NCBI GenBank assembly: GCA_002791295.1
Contig: PFWU01000049.1
Span: forward strand, 47,350-111,349
Direction of reading: 5' to 3'
Source: Candidatus Uhrbacteria bacterium CG_4_9_14_3_um_filter_50_9
GTDB lineage: Bacteria > Patescibacteriota > Patescibacteriia > UBA9934 > GWF2-40-263
DNA length: 64,000 nucleotides
The position numbers were made by a program, and so were the translations under genes. Below, in pieces: positions 52,522 to 61,457 of the stretch. Position 1 is the first letter of the stretch. The number at the start of each line of letters is the position of its first letter. The notes beneath the pieces were generated by a model. The model made no database searches. It was not told where the DNA came from and worked only from the letters and a program-made list of their open reading frames with translations.

Positions 52522-53280
52522 TTACGCTACCTGTTTGTCGTTTTCAACCGGGGGAGTAACAGGGTGATTTTTGAGTTCAATATAGAGAAGGGTGAAGTAC
52601 ATTAACATCATCGGCGTGACAAACATGTCTGCAATGCTCTCAAGGATTCCTACCCACAGTGGTGCCCCTTCTTCGAAGAGCGGTTCAATTTGAGCACCGG
52701 TAGCAAGACCGATGGTTGTGATGAGAGCCACAAGAATAGACGTGTAGATGAACGTGATAATGATGGGGCCTGAAACAAGTTTCCATGTAACGATCCAAAA
52801 TCTTCCCTGCACGAGTTGCTTACTTTGACTCAGACTTTGTAGGCCTCGAGTCCCATCGAGGATGAGGGCGAACTGCGCAAAGGCGTACCACACAAGAAAG
52901 ATGAGGCCAGGGATAATGAAGAGCAGAGCTCCACCTGTAACAATGATGGTTTGCAAGAAGGTGACGGCAAGCAACGGAGTGATGAGCATCCAGGAAGCGT
53001 GTTGGAGTGTTTTTAGGTCGAGGGTTTTGCCATCGATGATGACCGCACAGAGTTTTGTCAGGATGATGGTCAGCCAGAGACCTAGGAAGATGACAGATGT
53101 TGCCACAAGGAGCACGACAGGGATGAACCACACGGCGTCTTGATAGGTTTCTCGACTAAACTCAAGAGCCAAAAACGCCGCTGATGGCAGAAGAAGCCAG
53201 GCGGCGTATCCAAGGAGCGTCCAAACATGTTTACGATACAGTCGGTATGAGCGTAGAAGGAGTTCCGTAACAGTGAGCAT
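52522..53280 (-). CDS. Hypothetical polytopic membrane protein (paralog of 53284..54168)
   Basis: 252 aa, 6 predicted TM helices. Confidence 0.5.
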   Translation of the reverse strand: MLTVTELLLRSYRLYRKHVWTLLGYAAWLLLPSAAFLALEFSRETYQDAVWFIPVVLLVATSVIFLGLWLTIILTKLCAVIIDGKTLDLKTLQHASWMLITPLLAVTFLQTIIVTGGALLFIIPGLIFLVWYAFAQFALILDGTRGLQSLSQSKQLVQGRFWIVTWKLVSGPIIITFIYTSILVALITTIGLATGAQIEPLFEEGAPLWVGILESIADMFVTPMMLMYFTLLYIELKNHPVTPPVENDKQVA

Positions 53281-53283
53281 AGA

Positions 53284-54168
53284 TTAACTTCGGTTGTCTT
53301 TGAGAGATTGGTACAAAAGGACATCCGAGATAATGATGAGCGGGTTGATAAGGACAACGATCATAATTGGAATGATCGTGTTGGTCATGGTAGTGAGGCG
53401 CAACTGCAGATCAAGATTCAGGCCACCACTTGCATCAACAAAGAAGGTTGCCACATACGAGAACATGGTCATAGCAAAGACACCGAAACTGAGAAAGACG
53501 AGCTTAGGCACAATGATACGTGCCAGCACCTCCCAAAATTTACCAGCCACTAAGCGACGGCTTGCCTCAAGAGCTTGTCGTCCTTTTAAGTTGTCATTAA
53601 TCGTTGCGATCGGAGCAAAGAAGTAGTACACCATCCACTGAACAGAAAGGTAGAGCGCAAGAAAGAGTCCAAAGATAAGTAAGAGATTCCCAACAAAGAT
53701 GAGACCACTCACAGAAAACCAGGCACCGATCCCTGCAATGATGGCTGGTGGGCCGAATCCGATCACGATGGCCAGCACAAGCATGAGAAGCACCATGATG
53801 GTTGTAATGAGGGCAGGGATAAATGCTTGACGTCCTTCTTTGATCGCAGACGCATGATCCACACTTCGGCGCGCAAGATGGGCACGGACCATGCGTGTGA
53901 GAGAGATATAGACCCAGAAGGTAATAATTGGGGAGATGATAAAGGTGTTGAGGGCAAAGAGGATCACACCAATAAATTCCATGTTCGACAAATCGCCTCC
54001 AAGCCCCAGTTTGGTTGCGGAAGGATAGAAGGAGAGGGCAATCGCGTAAAGAATGGCTGTGACAAGAACCCAACCTGAGACACTGAGAAGTTCTACAAGT
54101 CGCCCGCGGAAAATATCCCAGGATTGGTCAATGAGTTGTCCGACGGAAATGAGCGGTTTGGAAGGCAT
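53284..54168 (-). CDS. Hypothetical polytopic membrane protein (paralog of 52522..53280)
   Basis: 294 aa. The N-terminus resembles that of the neighbour (LIDQSWDIFRGRLVELLSVSGWVLV vs LLLRSYRLYRKHVWTLLGYAAWLLL). Confidence 0.5.
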   Translation of the reverse strand: MPSKPLISVGQLIDQSWDIFRGRLVELLSVSGWVLVTAILYAIALSFYPSATKLGLGGDLSNMEFIGVILFALNTFIISPIITFWVYISLTRMVRAHLARRSVDHASAIKEGRQAFIPALITTIMVLLMLVLAIVIGFGPPAIIAGIGAWFSVSGLIFVGNLLLIFGLFLALYLSVQWMVYYFFAPIATINDNLKGRQALEASRRLVAGKFWEVLARIIVPKLVFLSFGVFAMTMFSYVATFFVDASGGLNLDLQLRLTTMTNTIIPIMIVVLINPLIIISDVLLYQSLKDNRS

Positions 54169-54178
54169 AGCCTTGTGG

Positions 54179-54892
54179 TTATGTGGTGAGAATAGATTGA
54201 ATGAGTTGAGTGGCCTGTGTGTTGGTTTCTTCGAGGGTGCCGGATGTGTCTAGTGTGTGGAGGGTTGTTCCTCGCGTTTCGAACAATTCTTTCAGCCAGG
54301 GTTCCTGGAATCGCTCTTCAAGTTGTTTCAGGAAGTCGAGTTGTGCAAAGACACCTTTTGCTTCGTCAGTGCGTGCGTGGATGCGGGCGTGAGCTAGTTC
54401 TGCGGGGATGCGCGTTAGGATGAGTGCGTCAGGAGCATACGCAAGCGCAAGCTGATTTCCCGGAAGATTCATGACCTCTTCAAGGGGAACGGATTGAGGC
54501 ATGATGGGTTGGTAGACAAGAGAACTTGAGACACCTCGATCTTGAATCACGATTTTGCCCGCTTCAAGTGCTGGGATGATCAACCGTCGATACATGATTT
54601 GTCGGTCCAGTGCGAATGCGTCGGCAAGTTCTGTGCCCCCATAGGGGTGATCCTCTCTTGAAAGTTCATAGCGTATCGCACCACCGACCCAGTTCCGTGT
54701 GGGTTCGTAGGTGAAGTAGAGATCGTAGTCTGATACGTCTTCGTAGCGAGGTGGGGCTGGTTCATTCCAATCAATCAATCGAAATATGCGGTGATCGCTT
54801 TCCTGCGCCCATGTGTGTACCGACTTAAGCACAGTGGATTTGCCGCTGCCGGCAATTCCATCCACCATGATAAAGCGTCCGTTTGTCTTCAT
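54179..54892 (-). CDS. P-loop nucleoside/nucleotide kinase, thymidylate kinase-like
   Basis: Walker A VDGIAGSGKST and DRGVSSSLVYQ (cf. the Tmk DRY...AYQ region). It sits next to the divergently oriented thyA / DHFR-family pair at 55008-56365. Confidence 0.55.
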   Translation of the reverse strand: MKTNGRFIMVDGIAGSGKSTVLKSVHTWAQESDHRIFRLIDWNEPAPPRYEDVSDYDLYFTYEPTRNWVGGAIRYELSREDHPYGGTELADAFALDRQIMYRRLIIPALEAGKIVIQDRGVSSSLVYQPIMPQSVPLEEVMNLPGNQLALAYAPDALILTRIPAELAHARIHARTDEAKGVFAQLDFLKQLEERFQEPWLKELFETRGTTLHTLDTSGTLEETNTQATQLIQSILTT

Positions 54893-55007
54893 AAGTATAC
54901 CAAATTCGCCATGATTACTTAAGCGGTTTTGGTGGACAAAAGATGTCCACAGGCGATCGAGCTTCGGACGTATTTTAGCGGAAAATGTTTGGTGGTGGAA
55001 ACGAAAG

Positions 55008-55865
55008 GTGGGTGGTAAAGTGAACCTTGCTATGACACAGTTTGATCACATTTTTCGTGAAGCGATTGGCCGCGTGTACAACGAAGGGGCTGACGTCTTT
55101 AGTGAACGTACAGGCTATTCAACCAAGGCGCTCCCAGGGCTGACGTATGAGATTGAACCGGCACAGGGATTCCCGCTCTTAACGCTTCGAAAAATTCCCG
55201 TGAAATTGTTTTGTGCAGAGGTTGTGTGGATGGTGACTGGCCACAAGCATCTAGATTTCATCAGACAGTTTACAAAGATTTGGGATGATTTTGCTGAAGA
55301 GGATGGCACGATGGAAACAGCCTATGGCTATCGCTGGCGTCATCACTTCGGCCGCGATCAGCTTTTGGAACTTATTGAGCATTTGCGGCAAGAACCGTCT
55401 TCACGCCAGGGGGTGGTGCTTATGTGGGATCCTGCAAGTGATGGGCTTACAGCTCCTAAAAAGAAGAATGTCCCATGCCCGTTCACGTGGACGGCAAATA
55501 TTATCGCTGACAAGTTGAATCTTCATCTCATCATCCGATCAAATGACATGATGCTGGGGAATCCTCACGACACCGCTGGATTCGCGCTCCTGCAGGCCAT
55601 GCTTGCGCAGGAGCTCGGGGTCCATGTCGGAAAGCTCACCGTATCGATTTCTCACGCACACATTTACGAAAATCATTACGAGCAAGTTGAAGAGATGCTT
55701 GCGCGTGAGGATCACACGCATGATGAAATCTTCTGTCGATTACCAGAGCATAGTTTTCAACGTGCACTGAGTGAAGACGCAGAACTCGTGAACGAACTCT
55801 TCCAAATGTTTAAGTCTCAGTACCAGCCAGCCCCGCCGGTTAAGACGATGCAGATTGCGCTATGA
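55008..55865 (+). CDS. thyA: Thymidylate synthase family protein (ThyA-like; active-site Cys in a PCP rather than PCH context)
   Basis: ThyA-like GFPLLTLRKIPVKL, YGYRWRHH, VPCPFTW (catalytic Cys), and IIRSNDMMLGNP (RSxD). The start is possibly at the internal MTQFDHIF. Confidence 0.7.
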   Translation: MGGKVNLAMTQFDHIFREAIGRVYNEGADVFSERTGYSTKALPGLTYEIEPAQGFPLLTLRKIPVKLFCAEVVWMVTGHKHLDFIRQFTKIWDDFAEEDGTMETAYGYRWRHHFGRDQLLELIEHLRQEPSSRQGVVLMWDPASDGLTAPKKKNVPCPFTWTANIIADKLNLHLIIRSNDMMLGNPHDTAGFALLQAMLAQELGVHVGKLTVSISHAHIYENHYEQVEEMLAREDHTHDEIFCRLPEHSFQRALSEDAELVNELFQMFKSQYQPAPPVKTMQIAL

Positions 55866-56365
55866 AGGTCATTCTTGTTGCGGCCATGTCGGCTGATGGA
55901 AAAATTGCAGAGTCCCCCGAGCAGAATTCGCTCGATTGGACGAGTAAGGAAGACACGGCTTTTTTTGTGAAAAAGACGAAGGAAGCAGGTCTGGTGATTA
56001 TGGGGCAGACAACGTTTCAGACGATAGGAAAGCCGCTCAAAGATCGTCGTCTCATTGTGCTCACACGCGAACCAGAACAGTATCCTTCTCAAGAGGGGAT
56101 CGAGTTTGTGAATGTGCCTGTTCAAACCATTTTAGACACCTTAACGCAGGAGGGGGTCGAACAAGTCGTGATTGCTGGCGGCTCATCTGTCTACAGCCAA
56201 TTCCTGCAAGGCGGACATGTGACAGACATTTTTCTCACTGTAGAGCCACTCTTATTCGGCGAGGGGATCCCACTCGCCTCAGGATTTGATCGGGTACATA
56301 TGGAGCTCGTAGAGGTGGGGCGCATAGGGGAGCATGGTGTGTTGATCCATTATCGAGTGAAATAA
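55862..56365 (+). CDS. Dihydrofolate reductase family protein (RibD C-terminal domain type)
   Basis: MKVILVAAMSADGKIA...VIAGGSSVYSQFL...DIFLTVEPLLFGEGIPL. The start overlaps the thyA stop (ATGA). Confidence 0.6.
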   Translation: MKVILVAAMSADGKIAESPEQNSLDWTSKEDTAFFVKKTKEAGLVIMGQTTFQTIGKPLKDRRLIVLTREPEQYPSQEGIEFVNVPVQTILDTLTQEGVEQVVIAGGSSVYSQFLQGGHVTDIFLTVEPLLFGEGIPLASGFDRVHMELVEVGRIGEHGVLIHYRVK

Positions 56366-56522
56366 TACCATCTCCAACTAACCATTCCACACTATCCCGT
56401 ACAAAATTGGGCTGCGACTTTGGGAAAAGTTTTCATCATATCTACGGATATGTTTCAAACTTTTCCCTTCGTCTCGCCACAATTTTGAACGGGCTATGCG
56501 GAAGCGTTAATTGGAGATGGTA
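56366..56522 (+). repeat. 12-bp perfect inverted repeat (taccatctccaa / ttggagatggta) flanking a 133-nt AT-rich segment with nested inner inverted repeats
   Basis: Outer inverted repeat at 56366-56377 and 56511-56522. Inner inverted repeat caaaattg / caattttg with a central gaaaagttttc palindrome. No convincing ORF. Confidence 0.5.
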
Positions 56523-56530
56523 TAAAAAAC

Positions 56531-56566
56531 AAAGCCGTAGGACAGCCCCTACGGCTTTGTTTTTTC
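56531..56566. terminator. Bidirectional rho-independent terminator
   Basis: An A6 run, then aaagccgtagg-acagcc-cctacggcttt, then a T7 run. It abuts the stop of the minus-strand 1058-aa gene. Confidence 0.75.
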
Positions 56567-59500
56567 TTATCCTCTTTGCTCGCGGGTCGCATCGATGCCG
56601 ATGCGTCCGAGCTCTCCAGCAATGATCTTGTTTTCGTCAGCGATTTTTTCGGCGAGCATTCTGAATTCTGGTGTTCCAGAATAACCCTCCTGGCCCATCT
56701 CTTGAAGGAGACCGGTGAAGCCTTCTAATCGTGCCATGCGTCTGACGAGGCTGTCTGTGGCGTTGTTTGGTTCCTGATTATAACGAACCCCACGAGCGAA
56801 CTGATCTGTGGTCATGGGCGCATCAGGGGCTGGATGAACGATAGGTGTTCCTTCCCCAAGGAATCCCTGATTGATTTGTTCTTCGGTGAGACCCCAGTTC
56901 TCTAGGGCTTGATCATTAAATTTTGCTTCACTGAATCCAGGGAGGAAGGCATCCCATACTTCTTTATTCCCCGCTTCATTCTTGTGGTATTGGAAACGGA
57001 TTTTCGCATCTTCACCTTTGAAGGTTTTGAGAGGCTCTCCATCGGATGGGACTTCTGGTGCGTTCTCTGTGTCTTCTGTGGCCCATACATCGGCTGTGCC
57101 CTCTGCCCCACGGGCAATACTTGGAACATCGATCTTCGAAGCGGAAGTAATGACTCCATCTTCATAACGTACTTCTTCAATGATTCCGTTTTGATCGATC
57201 ATGTTTAGAATCAAGGTGTCTCCATCAGTCCCAACAAGGATTTCAGCAGGTTTGGAGACGAGATCACCGTTTGCATCGACGATCTGACTCATGAAGCTCA
57301 GAGAGGTATCTGGTTTCCCTGAGAAAATTCCCTGACCATTAAGCTCTAGTCCTTGTTTTGCTAAGAGGGCTTGCACATCTCCTCCAACAACTTCAACACG
57401 AGGGGGTGTGTCGATGTCCGTGTAGTGATATTCGCCACTGATAACTTTCTCGTAAATTCCCCGGATGTAGGGATCACTTTGTCTTAATACTTCTGAGCGT
57501 TCCGTGATAGCTGCGTCGCTGCCCCGCTCAGCAGCCCCCTCAGGTGACTCCGTAGCTGCTCCACCTTCCGTTTCAGTTGTGCCTGTTTCCGCATCAGTTT
57601 CAGGAACTTCACGAGAGACGTCCGCACCTTCCGGTGCCGATGGGGCTTCACTCTCAAGCAAAGATTCATTCAATGATCCATGGACATAGGTGAGTCCAGC
57701 GTCTGGATCGAGCAGTTGATCGGTTGGGATGATGTCGTTTGTTTGTGTGTCAAAGAATTCAATCACAACACCTCCCTCACCATCTGGAGAGGCAAGGACG
57801 GCGAGTCGATCAATCGCATTCGTTCCAAGTCGGAGGTCACCACCACTTTGAACGATTCCAGCTTGCTGGGTGGCTTCGAGAGCCTGCTGCTGCGCCCAGG
57901 CATCCACTCCAGATGGGTCGCCCGTGTACCCAAAGTCTGCTGAGTTGGCTTTGAGCTGGTTTACGAGAAGGGCTGTGATGCTGTTGTGTTTGTTGTCAGC
58001 TTTGACGACTGCTTGTTCCACGAGCTCTGGTGACAGTTCATGCGCTGTTTCCGGTGTTGCATCGAGAGCGGCTTCAACAGGGATACTTTCTGGGTACTGT
58101 CCTGACGTATCGGCTTCTGTCATGATGCCAGGTTCTGCAGCCTGTTCCGCCATCATGGCTTGCATGGCACTTGTTTCAGTGGCTTCTGCTGTTGCTTCTG
58201 TGATGTCTGGTTCACCTTCTGAACTGGTAAACAACGAAGAGGCACTGTCCCACATGGGTTTGTACTGATCCTGAAGATTGGAACCCGCGTAATCCATGAG
58301 ACCATCAGACTCAGACCATTTTTCAGAAAGTTTTTCCATGAGACCAGAAAATCCTTGACCCCCTTCAAAGTCACCTTGGGCAATTCCCGCTACCGTGAAG
58401 GCACGCATGAGCACTCCAGCGGCTTGCATGCGATTGAGATTACGTCCCGTGCGGGTTTCCGCGCCACCACCACCGAGTTTGCTGATGGTTTCGGTGACTC
58501 CTTGAACCACATAGCGATTCAAGTAGTCTTTGGCTCCTGTCGTCTCTTCTTTTTTACGTTCCTTTGATACTTTTTGGTGTCGTTCGTACATCGCAACAGC
58601 TGTGTATCCAAGTGTACGTAGTGAAGCAATGCCTGTTGCGACCATGGCGGTGTTGAGCCCCTCTTTTAAGACCGTTGTGCCTTTGACGCGCGCTTGGATG
58701 GCTTCATCTAACAGTTGAGCAATCTTTTCGTTTCGTTCCTGTTCTTTTGATTCAAGATCCGAGTTATAGGTTTCTACAACAAGGTTTATTTGTTCAGTGA
58801 GTTTTGTTTTTTGTTCAGGAGTGAGAAATTTGGATGCCTTGATGCGCTCAGCAATGGCTGTTTGTTTGTGTTCAACCAGTTTGTTACTTGCAATCGGTGC
58901 CTCTCGATTAAAGGCAGCGTCTGCATCCTCGACCGCCTTCAAGAGACGTTCTCGTTCTTTCCCTGTGTAGTATTTTTGTGTGAACCAACGAGGAAGATCT
59001 GCAGCGATTTTGGTGCCGGTGTAGGTCATGGCCATACTGACGAAACCAGTAGCAACCATGCGTGCATAGTCTTTCTTTGAATATTCGCCCGTCAGTTCCT
59101 CTTCTTGCTTTTCACCACGAAGATCCCGCATGAAGCGGCTGTCTTTGAATTTATCGTAGGCGTTCGCAAATGCATCAATGGCACGGTTGCGTAGTTCGGT
59201 TGGGCTTTGTGGTGTTTCTTCCTCTGTCTGCTCTGTTCCTACCTCAGGGCCTTTTTCCGTTGCCTCAGCTGGTGCTGTGGATGCTTCTGGTGGTTCGGCT
59301 GTGCCAGTCGTTCCTGGTTCTGGTGTGGAAGCAGGTGGTTCTGTGGCTGGGGGAGCAGTGCCGGATTCTGGTGCAGAGGCTTCGGGAATCTTTCGGTATG
59401 TATTAAGGGTCGTGTTAATTTTTGTGCGAAGTTCAGTCTTCTTTTCCCCTGTCTGTCCGTCAGCACCCAACGCATTCCATTCCGATTGAATTTTGTGAAG

Positions 59501-59743
59501 TTCTGTGATGAGCGAATTAAGCTGTTCTTTTGGGACATCCTCACGAATGCGCGTCATTTTTCTTCGAACAGCAAAAATCATTCGAACGTCCTTGTCCAAC
59601 GCTCGCAGGATTTGTTCCGCATCCTTTACGAGTTTTTCGGTGCGTTCAGCCTCAGAATCAATGTTTTGAGATGCTTCACTTCCAGTGTTTTTTGGAGGTT
59701 CCTCCTCTCCAGGACCTGGACTTTTTGGTGCTTCTTTGCTCAT
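56567..59743 (-). CDS. Large hypothetical protein (1058 aa) with Pro/Thr/Glu-rich low-complexity N-terminal segments
   Basis: Longest ORF in the region; no signal peptide or catalytic motif recognised. The start overlaps the downstream small gene by 4 nt. Confidence 0.5.
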   Translation of the reverse strand: MSKEAPKSPGPGEEEPPKNTGSEASQNIDSEAERTEKLVKDAEQILRALDKDVRMIFAVRRKMTRIREDVPKEQLNSLITELHKIQSEWNALGADGQTGEKKTELRTKINTTLNTYRKIPEASAPESGTAPPATEPPASTPEPGTTGTAEPPEASTAPAEATEKGPEVGTEQTEEETPQSPTELRNRAIDAFANAYDKFKDSRFMRDLRGEKQEEELTGEYSKKDYARMVATGFVSMAMTYTGTKIAADLPRWFTQKYYTGKERERLLKAVEDADAAFNREAPIASNKLVEHKQTAIAERIKASKFLTPEQKTKLTEQINLVVETYNSDLESKEQERNEKIAQLLDEAIQARVKGTTVLKEGLNTAMVATGIASLRTLGYTAVAMYERHQKVSKERKKEETTGAKDYLNRYVVQGVTETISKLGGGGAETRTGRNLNRMQAAGVLMRAFTVAGIAQGDFEGGQGFSGLMEKLSEKWSESDGLMDYAGSNLQDQYKPMWDSASSLFTSSEGEPDITEATAEATETSAMQAMMAEQAAEPGIMTEADTSGQYPESIPVEAALDATPETAHELSPELVEQAVVKADNKHNSITALLVNQLKANSADFGYTGDPSGVDAWAQQQALEATQQAGIVQSGGDLRLGTNAIDRLAVLASPDGEGGVVIEFFDTQTNDIIPTDQLLDPDAGLTYVHGSLNESLLESEAPSAPEGADVSREVPETDAETGTTETEGGAATESPEGAAERGSDAAITERSEVLRQSDPYIRGIYEKVISGEYHYTDIDTPPRVEVVGGDVQALLAKQGLELNGQGIFSGKPDTSLSFMSQIVDANGDLVSKPAEILVGTDGDTLILNMIDQNGIIEEVRYEDGVITSASKIDVPSIARGAEGTADVWATEDTENAPEVPSDGEPLKTFKGEDAKIRFQYHKNEAGNKEVWDAFLPGFSEAKFNDQALENWGLTEEQINQGFLGEGTPIVHPAPDAPMTTDQFARGVRYNQEPNNATDSLVRRMARLEGFTGLLQEMGQEGYSGTPEFRMLAEKIADENKIIAGELGRIGIDATREQRG

Positions 59744-60063
59744 AAGGTTTCGATTTCATCACGAATTTGTTTGATACGTTGTTCACGCCCGACCTCATCG
59801 GCGAGCTTGAGTGTTTGTTTTGCGGCTTCTGTCTCGGCGGTGGCTTTGCCCTCCTCGTAGCTTCCCTGCACGTTATCGAAGTTGTCTATGAGGGCATCAA
59901 CAATGGCTGTATCAGCCGCATGCCATTTAAAAACAAGCTCAGAGATTTGTTCCTCCAGTTCAGGTTCGCTATTAAGCGAGAGGAGATCAATAATCATGAG
60001 CTTCGTCTCTCGGTCTAACGAGCTATGTTTGAGAATGTCGGTGAGCTTGTCCCAGTCGGGCAT
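59740..60063 (-). CDS. Small acidic hypothetical protein (107 aa)
   Basis: Same length and composition as the adjacent 60066..60389 product. Likely helical and paralogous. Confidence 0.45.
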   Translation of the reverse strand: MPDWDKLTDILKHSSLDRETKLMIIDLLSLNSEPELEEQISELVFKWHAADTAIVDALIDNFDNVQGSYEEGKATAETEAAKQTLKLADEVGREQRIKQIRDEIETL

Positions 60064-60065
60064 AC

Positions 60066-60389
60066 TTAAGATTCAGCCTGATCGAGGAGACGTTCAATTT
60101 CCTTGAGATCATTTATGGCCTTTTCCTGGAGCGCTTGTGCTTCTGTTTGATGTCTTTCCTCAATCACCTTAATGTTTGCCACAAATTCCTTGGCCTCGAC
60201 TTCGGCTGTTCCTGCGATGTTTTGTTCGAGCATGTGTGTGAGTGCGTCCATTTGCTCTGGAGTCATTTCAGGGAGCATGACAATGATGGCTTCCTTGACG
60301 TCTTCAGGAAGGGAAGAGGATGCAAGTAAAAACCCGAGGCGTTCACCTAACTGTTTTGCCTGTGTTTCAAGGTCTTGTTGTTCACTCAT
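60066..60389 (-). CDS. Small acidic hypothetical protein (107 aa)
   Basis: Glu/Leu/Ala-rich helical protein, head-to-tail with the 59740..60063 paralog. Confidence 0.45.
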   Translation of the reverse strand: MSEQQDLETQAKQLGERLGFLLASSSLPEDVKEAIIVMLPEMTPEQMDALTHMLEQNIAGTAEVEAKEFVANIKVIEERHQTEAQALQEKAINDLKEIERLLDQAES

Positions 60390-60431
60390 AGGGGGTATGC
60401 TAATTTTAGGTAGTATAACACTTCACCCCCT

Positions 60432-61343
60432 ATGCTAGATATAAGTTATCCCTACATGCCAGAAGGCCGATTGTTAACGTATGTTTCGGCGGATCACCCG
60501 TTGATGCAGGAAGCGGCAAAAGCGCGTGCTGAGTGTGCGGGCGATCCGCTGTATCCCGTTGGAGGTGTGCTCGTCAAAGATGGGCGTGTGATTGCGCGTG
60601 CTGGGAATGGCTACAACCGAGGCCCTGGAACCGTGCATGTGTGTCCTCGGATTGTGCTTGATTGTCCAAGTGGAACAGGGTATGACCTGTGTGATCTCCA
60701 TGATGCCCCAGGGCACGCTGAACAGATGACTATCAAAGCCGCTCGTGAGGCAGGAGAAGACCCTACCGGTGCAGATTTTTACATGTATGGGCATTGGTGG
60801 GCTTGTGAGCCGTGTTGGAATGCACTGATTGAGGCAGGGGTGCGTGACGTGTATGTTACAGACGATGCACATGAACGTTTTAGTCGAGACCGGGTGTATG
60901 GGGAAACACTTAAGTCGAGCGTAAAGAGTGCGTACATTGCAGGGCCCATAACGAACGTGGAAGATTTTGCATCGCAGGCAGCGTTTTACGAGTCGATTGG
61001 TGCTGTCTGTGAGGAAATGGGGTGTAAGGCGCGCATTCCGCATCGTGATAACACACTCAATGAAGATCGCGATCAGGGAAACTCCCGTGGGGTGTTTGAG
61101 TGGGCAGCAAATGAATCTCGGGTGAATGATGTGGTGGTGGCTGAGGTGAGTGATCCGTCACTTGGAACCGGTGGGGAACTCGTTGAGGCTCATAACCACG
61201 GAACACCCATTGTTCTTCTTTCACGAAAAGGCGCACGGGTCTCGAGATTTGTGTTAGGGAATCCGTCTGTGGTTTATCATATCGAGTACGAAACCCAAGA
61301 AGATGCTCTCAAACAGATTAGGAATGTTCTCAAACAGTTATAG
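60432..61343 (+). CDS. Fusion protein: N-terminal dCMP/cytidine deaminase zinc-binding domain plus C-terminal nucleoside 2-deoxyribosyltransferase-like domain
   Basis: HAEQMTIKAA...WACEPCWNAL (the H-A/C-E...PC..C deaminase signature). The C-terminal AYIAGPITNVEDF...TGGELVEAHNHGTPIV resembles the NDT/PF05014 fold. Confidence 0.6.
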   Translation: MLDISYPYMPEGRLLTYVSADHPLMQEAAKARAECAGDPLYPVGGVLVKDGRVIARAGNGYNRGPGTVHVCPRIVLDCPSGTGYDLCDLHDAPGHAEQMTIKAAREAGEDPTGADFYMYGHWWACEPCWNALIEAGVRDVYVTDDAHERFSRDRVYGETLKSSVKSAYIAGPITNVEDFASQAAFYESIGAVCEEMGCKARIPHRDNTLNEDRDQGNSRGVFEWAANESRVNDVVVAEVSDPSLGTGGELVEAHNHGTPIVLLSRKGARVSRFVLGNPSVVYHIEYETQEDALKQIRNVLKQL

Positions 61344-61457
61344 TTCGTGTTATCCACATTGCGAGTTTTATACAACTCACTCAAAATGAAATTAACGTTC
61401 AATTCAATTTGAACCAGGAGGCACCCATGAGGTGTCTCCTTCTCTTTTTATTAAGTC

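Noticed and set aside
56407-56625. 72-aa ORF inside the inverted-repeat element
   Set aside because: Low-complexity and overlapping the terminator, with no RBS. The region is better explained as non-coding.
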